Positions 27,807 through 39,721 are shown, counted from the first letter of the stretch. The stretch: 64,000 nucleotides of DNA from Marsupella aquatica (GCA_973895155.1 OZ316893.1:21188955-21252954), one strand, 5' to 3'. A program made the numbers and translations. Notes: generated by a model not told the origin, from the sequence alone.

Positions 27807-28220
27807 TTACGGACCCCCATGAGAGGTCCCTTGCAAATTCCCTGCCACGAGGTTGCGCCACATCAGCCACAAACAAGATAGATCATATTTTTGACAATAA
27901 CAAAAGCCTCGGGGGGGGGTCACTATATGAAGGGTCATACATCACGTGCAATGGTTTGGGTCATTTATGACCCCCCTAAGTCTGAACTTTCTATAAAGTT
28001 GTACGACATCAATCATGTGATGACATGTATGCATTTTGCAATTAAACAACCATATGTTTTCATTGAAGACTTAATAAGTCTTTCCGCCAAAACCATTTAA
28101 ATGACCCTATACTTCATTGCACATAATATGCCACTTCCATGGAAATGATCCCCCCAAGACAAAAGCGCACATTCATGTTTGTGGCAAAAGTAACGTAACT
28201 TTTGGGGTGCCATGCCGTAA
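27807..28220 (+). repeat. Dispersed ~160-bp motif, copy 2 (interrupted by a MITE)
   Basis: TTACGGACCCCCATGAGAGGTCCCTTGCAAATTCC...GGGGTGCCATGCCGTAA. The length matches the other copies once 27908-28166 is removed. Confidence 0.8.
27908..28158. mobile_element. MITE with 8-bp TSD (251 bp), foldback-like
   Basis: Ends CTCG(n)TCACT and AATGATC(n)AAG. TSD ACAAAAGC at 27900-27907 and 28159-28166. Internal inverted pairs TGCAATG/CATTGCA and GGGTCATTTA/TAAATGACCC. Confidence 0.85.
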
Positions 28221-28429
28221 ATATTAAGTGTAAAAAAACCAAAATACAAAGGAAGAGATGTAATTTAGTAAAAGAAAGTTACCATTATGATATTCCTCAA
28301 TGATATATTGTGTTTTACATGAAAATACTTGTATTTTTTAATTGTTTGCAAGTTTGAAAAAATAACCAATTGATAGAAATGCACATAATTAGAACCCCTT
28401 TGGCTCCACATTGTAAAACTAAATAATCA

Positions 28430-28905
28430 ATCTCCTTAGTACTTGATTAAATCTTTCAATGTTTGATTTATTGGAAAGCTCAAGATCAAGAAACTCATGA
28501 CCTCTTTAGTATTGTCTTCATAAAATTTGTCAATGTCACATTCATTGGAAAGCTAGAATAAAATTAGAAACTCATCATCCCCGTCATCGTCTCCTTAGTA
28601 CTTGACAAAATCTATCAATGTTAGTTCATTGGAAAGCTAGAGAAATTTGGATACTCATGATCTCTTTAATTCTTGACGAATACTCCCAATGTCACACATT
28701 AGAAAGCTAGAGAGATTGAAAACCTCATGATCTCTTTAGTACCATGACAAAATCTGACATGAAATTTGTCAATGTTGGAAAGCTAAAAGAATTCATGAAC
28801 TTATGATCAAAATTTCTTTTGTCACACTCATTGGAAAGACAGAGAAATTCAAAAACTCATTTGGAACTTGACAAAATTTGTCAATGTGAGGCTCATTGGA
28901 AACCC
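28430..28905. repeat. Degenerate tandem array, ~7 units of roughly 55-85 bp
   Basis: Recurring CAATGT...TTGGAAAGCTAG...ACTCATGA...CTTTAGT...TTGACAAAAT. Confidence 0.8.
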
Positions 28906-30137
28906 TTTCTCAATTAAGAGATGTCACAATCTCATTACCGTCACAAACTTAGTCGTTGCAAAATGATTTATTTGATTACGTCGTCATCGGTTGTCCGCAA
29001 TGCTTGCTTCATGACTTCAATTGTTCGCGTCCCTCCAGTCTTTAATTGAAGCTTGCTCTGAACACAGGTTGACGTCAAATGCAGCCTTTAATTATGTTGA
29101 AGAAACAATCGCTGCTCTCCCTTTCAAACCATAACTTTCTTAATTAAAAAAAACTACAAAACCTTCGTGTGAAGTGATGGCTCGTCTGTTTTGTGCGTTC
29201 TTCCCACCAAAATGACAATCACTCTTTCGCCAACAACTGAGTGTTATACTCTAGTCTATCTTGTGGCGGTAATGCTCAATGTAACTCACAAATGATCAAT
29301 CAAGAATGATAAAAACATGATTTCTCCAATGTGTAAGCGAAAACCGTAAAATACTCAATTCCTCCACATTCACCCTTCCATAATTTGTTAAACCAGAGAG
29401 ATCATCTCAATCAGATCAATCTCCTCTATCTTTCAAACGTTCTCTTTGTACAAGCACACACCAAGACCACCAGGAGACTCAAAACCATTGGTTACCGTCT
29501 TGCTGAAAATTGTTCGCTTCATCACACACACATCAATTGGATGAACATGGGGGTCCACGGATTAATTTTAAGAGCTTCTTTCAACGCGCGGTATTAGAAA
29601 ACACATAAGAGATATACTAGCTTCTTAGATAGGCTGATAGATAGAGCTTGTGTAGTAAGTGCTAGATGTTTAAAAAACTTAGCACCTTCTTGCTTGACAC
29701 AAATAGTGCTCCATCTCGCGATGCTTCTATATTACATTAAATTCCCTTTTTAATCACTTAGGGGAATTTTTCATTTCTTATTCACTCAGGAGGATTCTTC
29801 CTATTGCTAAGGTAAATATTATCAATTTTTTTGTCTTGTCTTGGACAAGTTTTATGTCTTATAAGCAAAAATAAGAATTCACTTTCGCTATAACATTAAC
29901 ATGCTAGTGCTGTCATTTTGTGTCATCCAATTAATAGTTGATCTTGCTTAATATTATGCAAGTTAAACAATGATCTCACAAAGATGAGCCTTGTTCAATG
30001 TCATGAAAGGTTGTTCAATTCACGGTCCAGGGACTTGAACTTTGAGGCACCAACCATGGGTTGTACCAACAGTGGCCCAGGCCCTACTTAGGATGGATTT
30101 GCGTTGACGGAGTGACAGTTAGCTAGCCTCCCCTTTA

Positions 30138-30530
30138 ATTGCCAACTAGGTCAAGCATAACATTGTACTTCTCGAGATGATCTCTAAGATTTTCCCTTTT
30201 ATAATAGATGACAATGTATGCACCAAAGTTTGTAAAGAAGTCGACCTTGAGAGTACTCCCTTTTGCAACGACCTTGGATGCTTTGCAAACATGCTTGGCA
30301 AGCTGAACTGCCAAAGATCTGATACCTCCTGCGGTTCCAAGGATCAACACCGTCACACCCTGCTGAAGCCCTCTAAACTTTGAACTTTGAAAAGCTGTTT
30401 TGATAACAACAGGCAAGATTTTTGCCTCAAAAAAATTTGATTATGAGGAATGGCAGCAAGCAGCCTCTCTTCTACTGCATGATTCATTTCTGATTGAATG
30501 GTTTAGCCATCATTCACTCTGCCATAGAAA
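30138..30530 (-). pseudogene. Fragment of an NADPH alkenal/one (enone/quinone) oxidoreductase, MDR superfamily
   Basis: AVEERLLAAIP...LPVVIKTA...VLILGTAGGIRSLAVQLAKHVCKASKV...STLKVDF...GAYIVIYYKREN...EKYNVMLDLVG follows the plant AOR pattern (GGAGGVGSL.IQLAKHVFGASKV...GADLAIDY.KEN). It is truncated and degenerate. Confidence 0.85.
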
Positions 30531-31047
30531 TGAGATCTAACATCCCAGTTAGATAATGCCCCGGATAATTCCTGATCTAGGTGTGGTGGTGGGAGCCCAC
30601 TCGAGATGGGATGTACTACTCAGAGGTTGGCTTTGGAGGAGCAAATGCCACCGATAGTTATTTTCCAACTCAAACCAAAAGTTGGAAAGTTATCTTCCAA
30701 CTCACTGGTCTAGGATCCATGCCTACTGGTTAAAACACGGTCACTCTGTCTAAAGTTCTATTCATGGCTACATTTCGACAATGGAAGAACTAGCCCATCC
30801 TGGAAAGCGCCTTAATTTGTTGAAACTAGCTTGTTTTCCTATGAGCAGATTTAGACAGCAACTGATTTTTTCTCTTTCCAAAGGCAAGCCATGAGATAAC
30901 TAGCTCATAGTTTCATAGGTCTATATTAGAACGATTTATCTTAAGTTTACTGTAAGAACAAAAGATAAGTAAAACGGTTATCAAGAACAGTTTTTACCTT
31001 GATATCATTGTGTTGCACTTAGTATTGAATTTTTTTTACATTCTCTT

Positions 31048-31206
31048 TTACGGCATGGTGTCCCAATTTTTTAAGTGGAATTTGCCAAACACGAAAGCAA
31101 CAATTATTATTTGGAAAGAAGTCTCTTCTTGTTTGCAACGAGCCATGATGGCATGGGGCACTGTGGAGTCTTGAATTTTGGAAACAGACCCTAATGGGGT
31201 CCGTAA
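31048..31206 (-). repeat. Dispersed ~160-bp motif, copy 3 (inverted)
   Basis: Reverse complement reads TTACGGACCCCATTAGGG...TCCAAAATTC...TTCGTGTTTG...TTGGGACACCATGCCGTAA. Confidence 0.8.
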
Positions 31207-31903
31207 AGAAAAACACAGGGAGGAAAAAATAGAAGTATCCCAAAGAAAAAAGAAATTCTCCTCATCTGCATAAAATGCCAAAAAACCTCTTATATATTTC
31301 ACATGTAATGGTTATATACTAGAACTTACTCAGCCACCACATGTACCCTTGCACCTATTTACTAAAAAAGTAAGAATTCCATTGGGTATCCCCTTTGGAT
31401 CAATCCAAAGGTGTCCAGAACATTGGAATTCTCCTAACAAGTAATGACTGGTTCGCTCATTTATCAATTTCATAAATGGATGATAATTGTGATGGAGAAA
31501 TGATAATCACCGTATATAGAATGTGGAATGTCATGATACATATAGATGTGCCGGTTGACCGGTTGGTCCAATCAACAGGTGGAGTCTAACACTCCCCCTT
31601 GTCTATATAGTGACAATTATATAGACAACATAGACTAGGCCTATCATACCATGCTAATAGAGTATACATGATATGAGTATAAGCAAGGTAGACTGCCTCG
31701 TTAAAAAACTTTTATCAACTCTAGCTAAATAAAAACTCTACCGGTGTAGCAGAGAAAAAATCTGAGTGCTAAAGGAAAAAGAGTGCAGCCTAACAGTCCT
31801 CGTCGTAATAAATGTCAATACTAAATAAAATCAGATGCTATAGTAAATCTAGCTTCAACATCTGTCTCAACAGTAAATCATGAGTATCATGTCAGCAGTA
31901 GTA

Positions 31904-34900
31904 TCAATCACCATGTGGAGCAGCAGCCTCCACGGTCATCATGCGTCGCACGCTCCGCAGTCCAATCGCCTGGTAGTGTCGGTGATGAACGGCCGGTGAT
32001 AGTGATTTGGTGAAGAGATCCGCACAGTTGTCTGCACTTGAAATCTGTAAAATGTTGATCTCTGTTCCATGTAACTCCTGGGTGTAGAAGAACTTGGAGC
32101 TATGTGCTTCACGTGATCGCCTTTGATGAATCCTTTTGTGATCTGTTGTATACATGCTGTGTTATCTTCAAAGATATTAATAGGCTTCGTTAGTGTTGGT
32201 AGGCCACATTTAGTATTGATATCATTTATAAAAGATCGTAACCAAACGGCTTTGCGACTAGCTTCATGTAGAGCTAAAATCTCTGAGTGATTTGATGAGG
32301 TTGCTATTAGGGTCCAAGAAAAAGCGGTACCCCCTATAGTAAAAACATATCTGGTTTAGGATTTTGCGGTGTCAGTGTCGGAAAGGTATCCGGCGTCTGC
32401 ATATCCTGTGAGTTCATGGTTTGCATCGAATGGGTAAAATAACCCGGTATCAGTGGTGCCACGCAGGTACCTAGATACGTGCTTAACTCCATTCTAGTGT
32501 CTGGCTGTGGGAGTTGCATTGTGCCTAGCTAGTAAGTTAACTGCAAATGCAATATCCGATCGGGTCTGGTTTACTAAGTACATTAATGCTCCTATCGCGG
32601 AAAGATACGGAGTTTCCGGTCCTAATAATGGTTCGTGTTCTTCGCGCTTGCGAAAAACATCAGTATTGTTTTCTAATGAACGTACCACCATTGGAGATGT
32701 TAATGGGTGTGCTAAGTTCATATTAAACTATTTTAGGATCTTTTCAGTTTGTGTTGTCTGATGGAGCATCATGCCAGTAGGCAAGATCTCCAATTGTAAA
32801 CCTAACCAAAAGTTTGTATGGCCAAGGTCTTTCATCTCAAATGTTGTTTTGAGACGGGTAATAGTATCTTCTATAATTAATTGGGATGTCCCAAATATGT
32901 TTAAGTCGTCGACATAAATAGAAATGATGACATATTTGTCATCCACATGTTTAATAAATAAACATGGAGTAATTACATCATGGGAAAAACCCATGGAAAT
33001 CATCTCATCGGTGAATCTTTGATGCCATACTCTGCCACTTTGTTTCAGGCCATATAATGCCTTCAACACGCGGATAGGTAGTCCGCGGTGACTATGCCAT
33101 ATGGTTGACACAGGGGTGTCATTGTGATGAGTTACATGTGTAGATGACACATGAGGTGTAACTTGAGGTGATTGGTTTATAATCTTATGTAAATATGGAA
33201 TATGCAATGTAGCGCCTTGAGCTAGAGCTTGATGACGTTCCTCCAACTCAGGAGGTGATCGCATGTATAGACAAGTGTCTAAAGTTCCATATAGATATAT
33301 AGTCGCGACGTCCAGTTGTCGCATCTTAAGTTTGTGGAAAATGGCAAATCCGATAAGGTATCGGAATGTTTTGCTGTCCATAACTGGTGAGTAAGTTTCA
33401 TCGTAATGAATTCCTGGTTGTTGGGTAAATCCTTTCCCTACCAGACGTGCTTTGTAGCGTACAACCAGGCCTTTATCATTTCTTTTGCGGACGAAGGTCC
33501 ACTTGTAGCCAATGAGATGTACGTCTCTCGGTGTTGGCTCAACTCGGCCAAAAGTGTGTCTGCTTAGTAGGAAATCTAATTCTCCGTTGATAGCTTTTTG
33601 CCATTCAGGCCAATCTGGTCTATTTTGGCATTCTAAGATGGAGATTGGTTCAGGTGTATCGTCATTGATATGAGTTGCCACCATTAATGCAAAAGCATCA
33701 TCTATTGAAGTAGTATTTCTATCCCACATCGCACCGATGTGTGCGTAGTGGATAGAGATCTCTTCATGAGTTGTAGAGTTAGTATGATCTACGTCGAGTG
33801 GAGGAGGGATAGATGAACCACGCCTTCTTGGTTGTTTATCTTTTGATCCCAATGGTCTACCACGTTTGGAACAAGGCTGGGATGTACTTGCTGGCTCACT
33901 TGATAATTTGATGCGAGCGGATGCTCTCGTAGTTGGAATGTGTGAGCGTGTAACTTGTGATGTATCGACAAAAGTGTCAGGAAGTTCCTCCACAATCTTG
34001 TGGAGTTGCAAAATTTGCTGAACTTCTTTCTCCTCCTGATTTGTTCTAAGGTCTTCATTGCCAAAATGGCGAATGTCTCTCCCACTCCAAAGGTGGTAAT
34101 GGGTGTTCAGGGGTTATGAGTGGTGGATAAATATGCTCATCAAAATGACAATCTAAAATTTGGCTTTAAAAATGTCGCCTGTTGTAGGCTCCATATATCG
34201 GATTATGGACGGTGAGTTGAATCCGATGTATATCTCCAACTGTCGTTGGGGTCCCATCTTGGTACGTTTGGGTGGAGAAATGGGAACCATTACTTGACAT
34301 CCAAATGAATGAAGGTGGGATAGATCGGGTTTGATACCGTTAGCAATTTGGTATGGACTATAAGTATTAAAAGCCAATGGGCGGTATTGAATTAATGCGT
34401 TAGCCTATAATATGGCATGTCCCCAGGTTGAGACGAGGAGTTTTGACTGTATTAGTAGTGGACGTACTTATAAAGCCGATGGACGGTATTGAATTAATGC
34501 GTTAGCCTGTAATATGGCATGTCCCCAGGCTGAGACGGAGAGTTTTGACTGTATTAGTAGTGGACGTGCAATTAGCTGAAGGCGTTTAATGACAGCTTCA
34601 ACTAATCCATTCTGGAAATGCACGTGGGGTACGGGATATTGTACATCAATACCTAGTGATGTACAAAAGTCGTCAAAGGTCTTGGATGTTAATTCCCTTG
34701 CAATCTCCACCCTTAGTATCTTAATGGGGTGATCGGGAAATTGTGCCTTCACGCGCAAGATTTGCGCCAAGATGTGAGGCATAACCATGTTCCGCGTCGA
34801 AAGCAGGATCACATTTGACCATTTGGTGGATGCATCAATCAGTACCATAAAGTAGCAAAATGGTCCGCTCGGTGGGTTATTGGACCGCAAACATCCGCAT

Positions 34901-35602
34901 GTATGATGTCCAAGAATTTTGGTATCTTGGTTGGTAATTTTGATGCCGTGGGCCTTGTTATTAGTTTGCCGTGTGAGCATGCATGGAGTGCTAGCTGGAA
35001 TGTGGCATATGTTGGTTGGAATGCCTCGTGAATTCTTAATAATTTTTCTTAGCATGGATTGACCGGGTTGGCCAAGGCGTGCATGCCAAAGCGCGGGAAA
35101 TTTTCTTGGTTGTGCATTGTTATGCAAACATTCAATTTGAGTTACGTAAAACCTACATGGGTACGAGAAAAGAGTCTCTTTAATGATTTTCCCCATAGGG
35201 GTATTTTCAACCAAATGGATTACTTTTTGGTCTTTTGTATTGCCTGTTTGGACGTAGAGTCCATTTTCTCGTATATCCCTAAAACTTAGGAGATTACGGG
35301 TTGCATTCGGGGCAAAGATAGCTGATTCTATCTGGATTTCTATACCTTGCAAAAGTCTAATAGAAGCTAGGCCGAAGTCCTCTTCTATCTGGCTAGGACC
35401 ATTGATAGTGGTCAGTGATCTACTGAAGGTGTGATCTTGTGGAAAAAGTTCTATCTCGAAGGATAGTATGAGTAGTCGCGCTATCAATAATGCATGTGCT
35501 GGGGCTATTTAGGTCTGGGGTGGTGGAGCTACTCGCCACTAAATGTGCCTCGGGTTGCACATGTGTGTCTAAAAAATCTTGAAATAAGTCTCTGGATTCC
35601 AT
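31904..35602 (-). pseudogene. Pol (PR, GAG-pre-integrase, IN, RT, RNase H) of the Bianca-like element, frameshifted
   Basis: CIIDSATTHTIL (PR), LWHARLG, YFMVLIDAST and QNGLVE (IN), YKARLV, ETYSPVMD, LYGLKQSGR and YVDD (RT), SADNCADLFTKSL (RH). Confidence 0.93.
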
Positions 35603-35718
35603 AAACGCCCCGTGGGTGTCACGGGGTGGTGCCTTAGAGGTTTGGCCATCCTTTAGAGACTGTTGGTATAGGTCTCTAAGATACTATGGAATCCTACAGC
35701 TGCAAGCCAGATGGTTGG

Positions 35719-36657
35719 TCATGCCACATTCGTGGCATCTTGATCATTCTCGATGTGGTCGAGATTGAGGCCAATCACTTCGGTGGTCGTTCTGGTATCT
35801 CCTTCCACCGCGTCCGCGTCCTCGACCGCATGTGAAGTTGTTGTGGGAACTCTGTTGTTGTGGGTGCCCATTTGGGCGACCTCTGAAGGCCCGTCTAAGT
35901 GCGCCGCGCTGCGGGCATTGGTTGAAGACACTCCCCCTGTTGAGGGTGTTTCTCCTATTACCACTCTTGGCGCGCTTGGTACCCTGCCTTGATGTGGGGG
36001 TCCAGCGTTGTCTGTGTGATGGGTTTCTCTTTGTGGTCCTAGGGTTAGCGTGCTCGCAGGACGTTTCCTAGAGTTAACTAAAAGGAGCTCTTGGTTCCTT
36101 TCAGTTACTAGGAGGTGGGCGATGATCTCTGAGTATTGTTCGAACTTCATGTTCCGGTACTGGGTTGATAGTAGCACGTTCGAAGAGTGGAATGTGGACA
36201 AGGTATTTTCTAGCAAGTCCTTGTCTGCGACTGGCTCGCCATAGAGTGCAAGGGTTGAGGTTATTCTGAATAGCTCACTATTGTAGGTTGAGATGGATGT
36301 AAAGTCCTGGACCCATAAGTTTATCCATTCTTGGCGTGCTCTGGGTAGTTTGACCAATGTCTGGTGGTCAAATTGGGTCTTAAGCGCTGTCCATAGCTCG
36401 CGAGGGGTGGAGAGGTGCATGTATTGTCTCTGCAAGAACCTATGGATATGGCGTCGAAGAAATACTAGGGCCTTTGATTCATTGGCCTTGGTTAACGGGT
36501 CTAGTTGGGGTTTGCCTGCTAGTATGGGTTGGGCTATCCCTATAGTTGGGAGAAGGGTTAAAGAGGTCAAGTTCTCCTTGAGGTTCATGGACCACTCGAG
36601 GTAATTGTTACCGTTGATTTCTAAAGCTGGGAAAGTCAATTTCTCTAGGTTGGCCAT
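35719..36657 (-). pseudogene. Gag of the Bianca-like element
   Basis: The start MANLEKLTFPALEINGNNYLEW and the motifs FLRRHI, LPRARQEWINL and DF.SI..YNSELFRI.S.L are typical of Bianca gag. Confidence 0.88.
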
Positions 36658-39600
36658 CTAGGGTTACTATGGCACTAGTGTACTAAGCTTCTTTTGATGG
36701 TAATTAGAGCTTATGTAGTAATAGCCATAGGTAATAGGAATTGAAGGGGCACATTTATGAGAGATTTAATGCGGGTTCTTAGTAAGTAGGTAGCAAATGG
36801 ATGGCTGAGGTTATGCCCGAAAGTTGCAAGGCTTTTGTGATTAGGGGTAAGCAAAAATGACTTTTTAGGGTTTTGCACTTCTGGTTACGTTTCCTTTGTA
36901 AATGTATAACTGCATATTATTCCATGTTTTTTAGGATTCCTTTGTATTGGCGATGCAGTTATCCAGTTGTGCACTTAGGATTGCAGTTATGGTTAAGTGC
37001 GAGTATTCCTTTGTTATTTCGAGTTCCTTTGGAAATAAGTTGCACTTAGAGATGGATTGACGGTTATGTCACTTAGCGTTGTCTGTCGGCTGCTTGTCTC
37101 GGTGTTTCCTTGATGAATGTGACTTCAATGTCATCAGCGATCACCTTGGGTTGCGCCGCTTGCAATCACCTTGGGTACAGCTTTCTAATCACCTTGTCAA
37201 TCTCTCTTTTCAAAATTCCTTCTTTGCTTTTCGATAGCTTCTCTACTTACTAGCTTTCTTTGAGAGTAGATTTAAGGTAGATCGATGTTGTCCTTTTCTT
37301 CTGGTCGCTTTGCTGCTGCTGTGTTATCCTTCAGGTAACATCGATTGTGCGCTGTCGCCGCAAGACCTTCTCTCCATCTTTACCCTATCGATTCTCGACG
37401 CCTCTTTTCTGGTCACTTCTCTGATCTTCGAGTGTTATCATTTCCCTCTCGGTCTGTCCTTAGTGATTCGCGATGCTGCCTGCCTGCTTTTCTCAATTCC
37501 TCACTCAATCCTTGTTGCTGTCCCAATCGTGGTCTGTCACAGGCTCTTCCGTGTGGGCCTGTCCTTATGAGGTTGCGAAGTCCTTATGGATGCTTTTCGA
37601 TTTGGCATTAGGTGCCTTCGGAGTCCTTTCTCTGTTGTTCTGCCTGAATTTGTTTTCCATTCTCATTGACCTCCTGCTTTACTGTTCGCTCTTCATAATT
37701 GCGCAGCGCAGGAGAATTGCTCTGTCTGGTGACTCAAACTTGATCGCCTTCGATCCTTAGTTATCGATTCTCCCTTTAAGTCTCTTCCTATCTCAATTCC
37801 TTTCTTGCCTCGTCAGTTATGAATTTCTCTTCTTGTTTTCAAAACGGATCCCTATTCACTCCTTCTCTTCTCGATTTTGTTTGTGTCTTTTCAATTTTCC
37901 GAAATTGCTCTCGAGGTCCTTATGATCTCCTCGGCAAATCTATCCTTATCTCGAGGGATCAATCTGTCATAGCTATTTTCTTCTCTCCGCTCCGCTGGTG
38001 AGACAAAGTGCTGATAACGTGTGATGGAGAAATGATAATCACCGTATATAGAATGTGGAATGTCATGATACATATAGATGTGTCGGGTGACCGGTTGGTC
38101 CAGTCAACAGGTGGAGTCTACAGGTGGAGTCTAACAATAACGAGATTTTGGCAGGACCCTTATTAGTGTAGTTGATAGACACAATTAAAGATGGGTTTCC
38201 AACAAGCCAGTTGTGGGGCTTGCTCTTGTCTAATTTTCCCTAAAAATGATTTCTCCCTAAAAATCTACCCTATGCCGATCTTGTGCCATTAAACCTTCTG
38301 TTTGGGACATTCACTGGAATGACAACCTTGGCTGGTAAGTAGGAGACTGTTGTGGCGCCTAGGACCCAACAGCAATGCTTGAGCCTAAGTTGCGAGAATG
38401 GACACCGACCTCAGTCACAAATAAAGGGAAAGTCATGCTGATATTGTCAGGTCCCTGTCAATTCTCAGTAAAGTAAACGATAAAGTAATAAAGTGACTGA
38501 TATCATGTGAAATTCCCTTCTCCGTGTACAGTTAAACAACTACACGAACAGTTACATTGATTGGGTCCATGGTACGGCTACGAAATATTGAGGAAGAGCG
38601 GTTGAAGAAAAAGATAGGAATAGAGGTTGGGATTCCTTTGGATAGTACAATTACCCCTGTGCACAAAAAACAGCTTCTTCCATGGAGTTACGTAAACGAA
38701 TTGACGGAAAGAAAAACAAATGAATGGCTCTACAGTAGCTTTAAACATAGAATGTAAAGCTACATTGTTTTTGGGCTCTTCTGAATCCAACGTTACGAAC
38801 ATTCACGACCTCATTTGCACTAAAAACATGGGTAAGTTCTCGTCGGAGGTACGGTGCTTCCTTTTCCTACTGAATGACACGGTGATCACGGAGCCCGCAA
38901 GCCCGCGAAGACTAGAACCAAGAGGAGCAATGATGGGCGAGCTCCTGCACTGGCAATCGCGCATCATTGCTCAAACGATAGGAGTCTATCTATCCGCGTA
39001 TCACAGTACAATAGATTTTACCGCTGTGTTTTTTAACGTTTAGTATGAGTGGCAGTTACCACTTACTTACAGAGTCGGCTTAATATACCCCCCTCCCCGG
39101 TGGACTTCGGCAGTCCTTGCCTGTCGCACTTAGCTCGCTCATCTGGCTTCCGGATCGGAAGAGCCGTGAAACTGCAGCTTTCGTCCTAGAACTATTTATC
39201 ATCTGCTTCTCCCTCCTTCGTTCCCAGTCCCCATAGGCATGGTCCTATTCAGACCAGAAGGAAATCTGATACAGTCGAGCTCGAAATTGTGCTCATGCCC
39301 AGCGGGTTGAATTGTGACAATTTGGACGAGCAGAAGGGTAGTCGGCTCACCAGGCGAGACTTATGGTTCTTGCTGTGGCTGATTGCTTTGATGTCAGTAT
39401 GACTATGCTTACATAGTGCGGTGATCACTAGCAGATCGCCCGAAATTGTAGTTGCCAGAAACGTAGTCCCCGAAGTCGCAGTTGGGACATTGCTACCAGA
39501 GCGGGGGCGACGGCCTGAATGTACAGGATAGATCTGCATTCGAACAACTGTCCGCTATTGAACTCCATCAATCTTCCTCTACACTTTTGAACTTTGCTTT

Positions 39601-39721
39601 TCTCAGAGGGCTCTGTTCACCTTGTTTTCTTTCTACCCAACTCGAGTTCTAGGGGCAGCTTGTGGAGACTCAACAGGGTACTACCTATACCGGTCTAGCT
39701 TTGTTGACACAGTTGCCAACA

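Larger units (their letters stand above)
31488..38136 (-). mobile_element. Full-length but defective Ty1/Copia LTR retrotransposon, Bianca-like
   Basis: LTRs at 31488-31591 (104 bp) and 38020-38136 (117 bp), both TG...CA. Near-TSD ATAAT/ATAAC. PPT at 31592-31600. PBS CGTTATCAGCAC at 38008-38019 (minus). The order gag-PR-IN-RT-RH is intact. Confidence 0.95.

Noticed and set aside
14440-29611. One giant Helitron joining the 14440 3' end to the RepHel gene
   Set aside because: A nearer plausible 5' end exists at 17102, and nothing in the sequence links the two.
33721-33731. Plant snRNA USE element ATCCCACATCG
   Set aside because: It lies inside Copia pol coding sequence with no downstream TATA or snRNA.
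37310-38001. Hydrophobic ORFs suggesting an env-like gene (also 55014-55839)
   Set aside because: They are antisense to purine-rich retrotransposon leaders, so the L/F/S richness is compositional.
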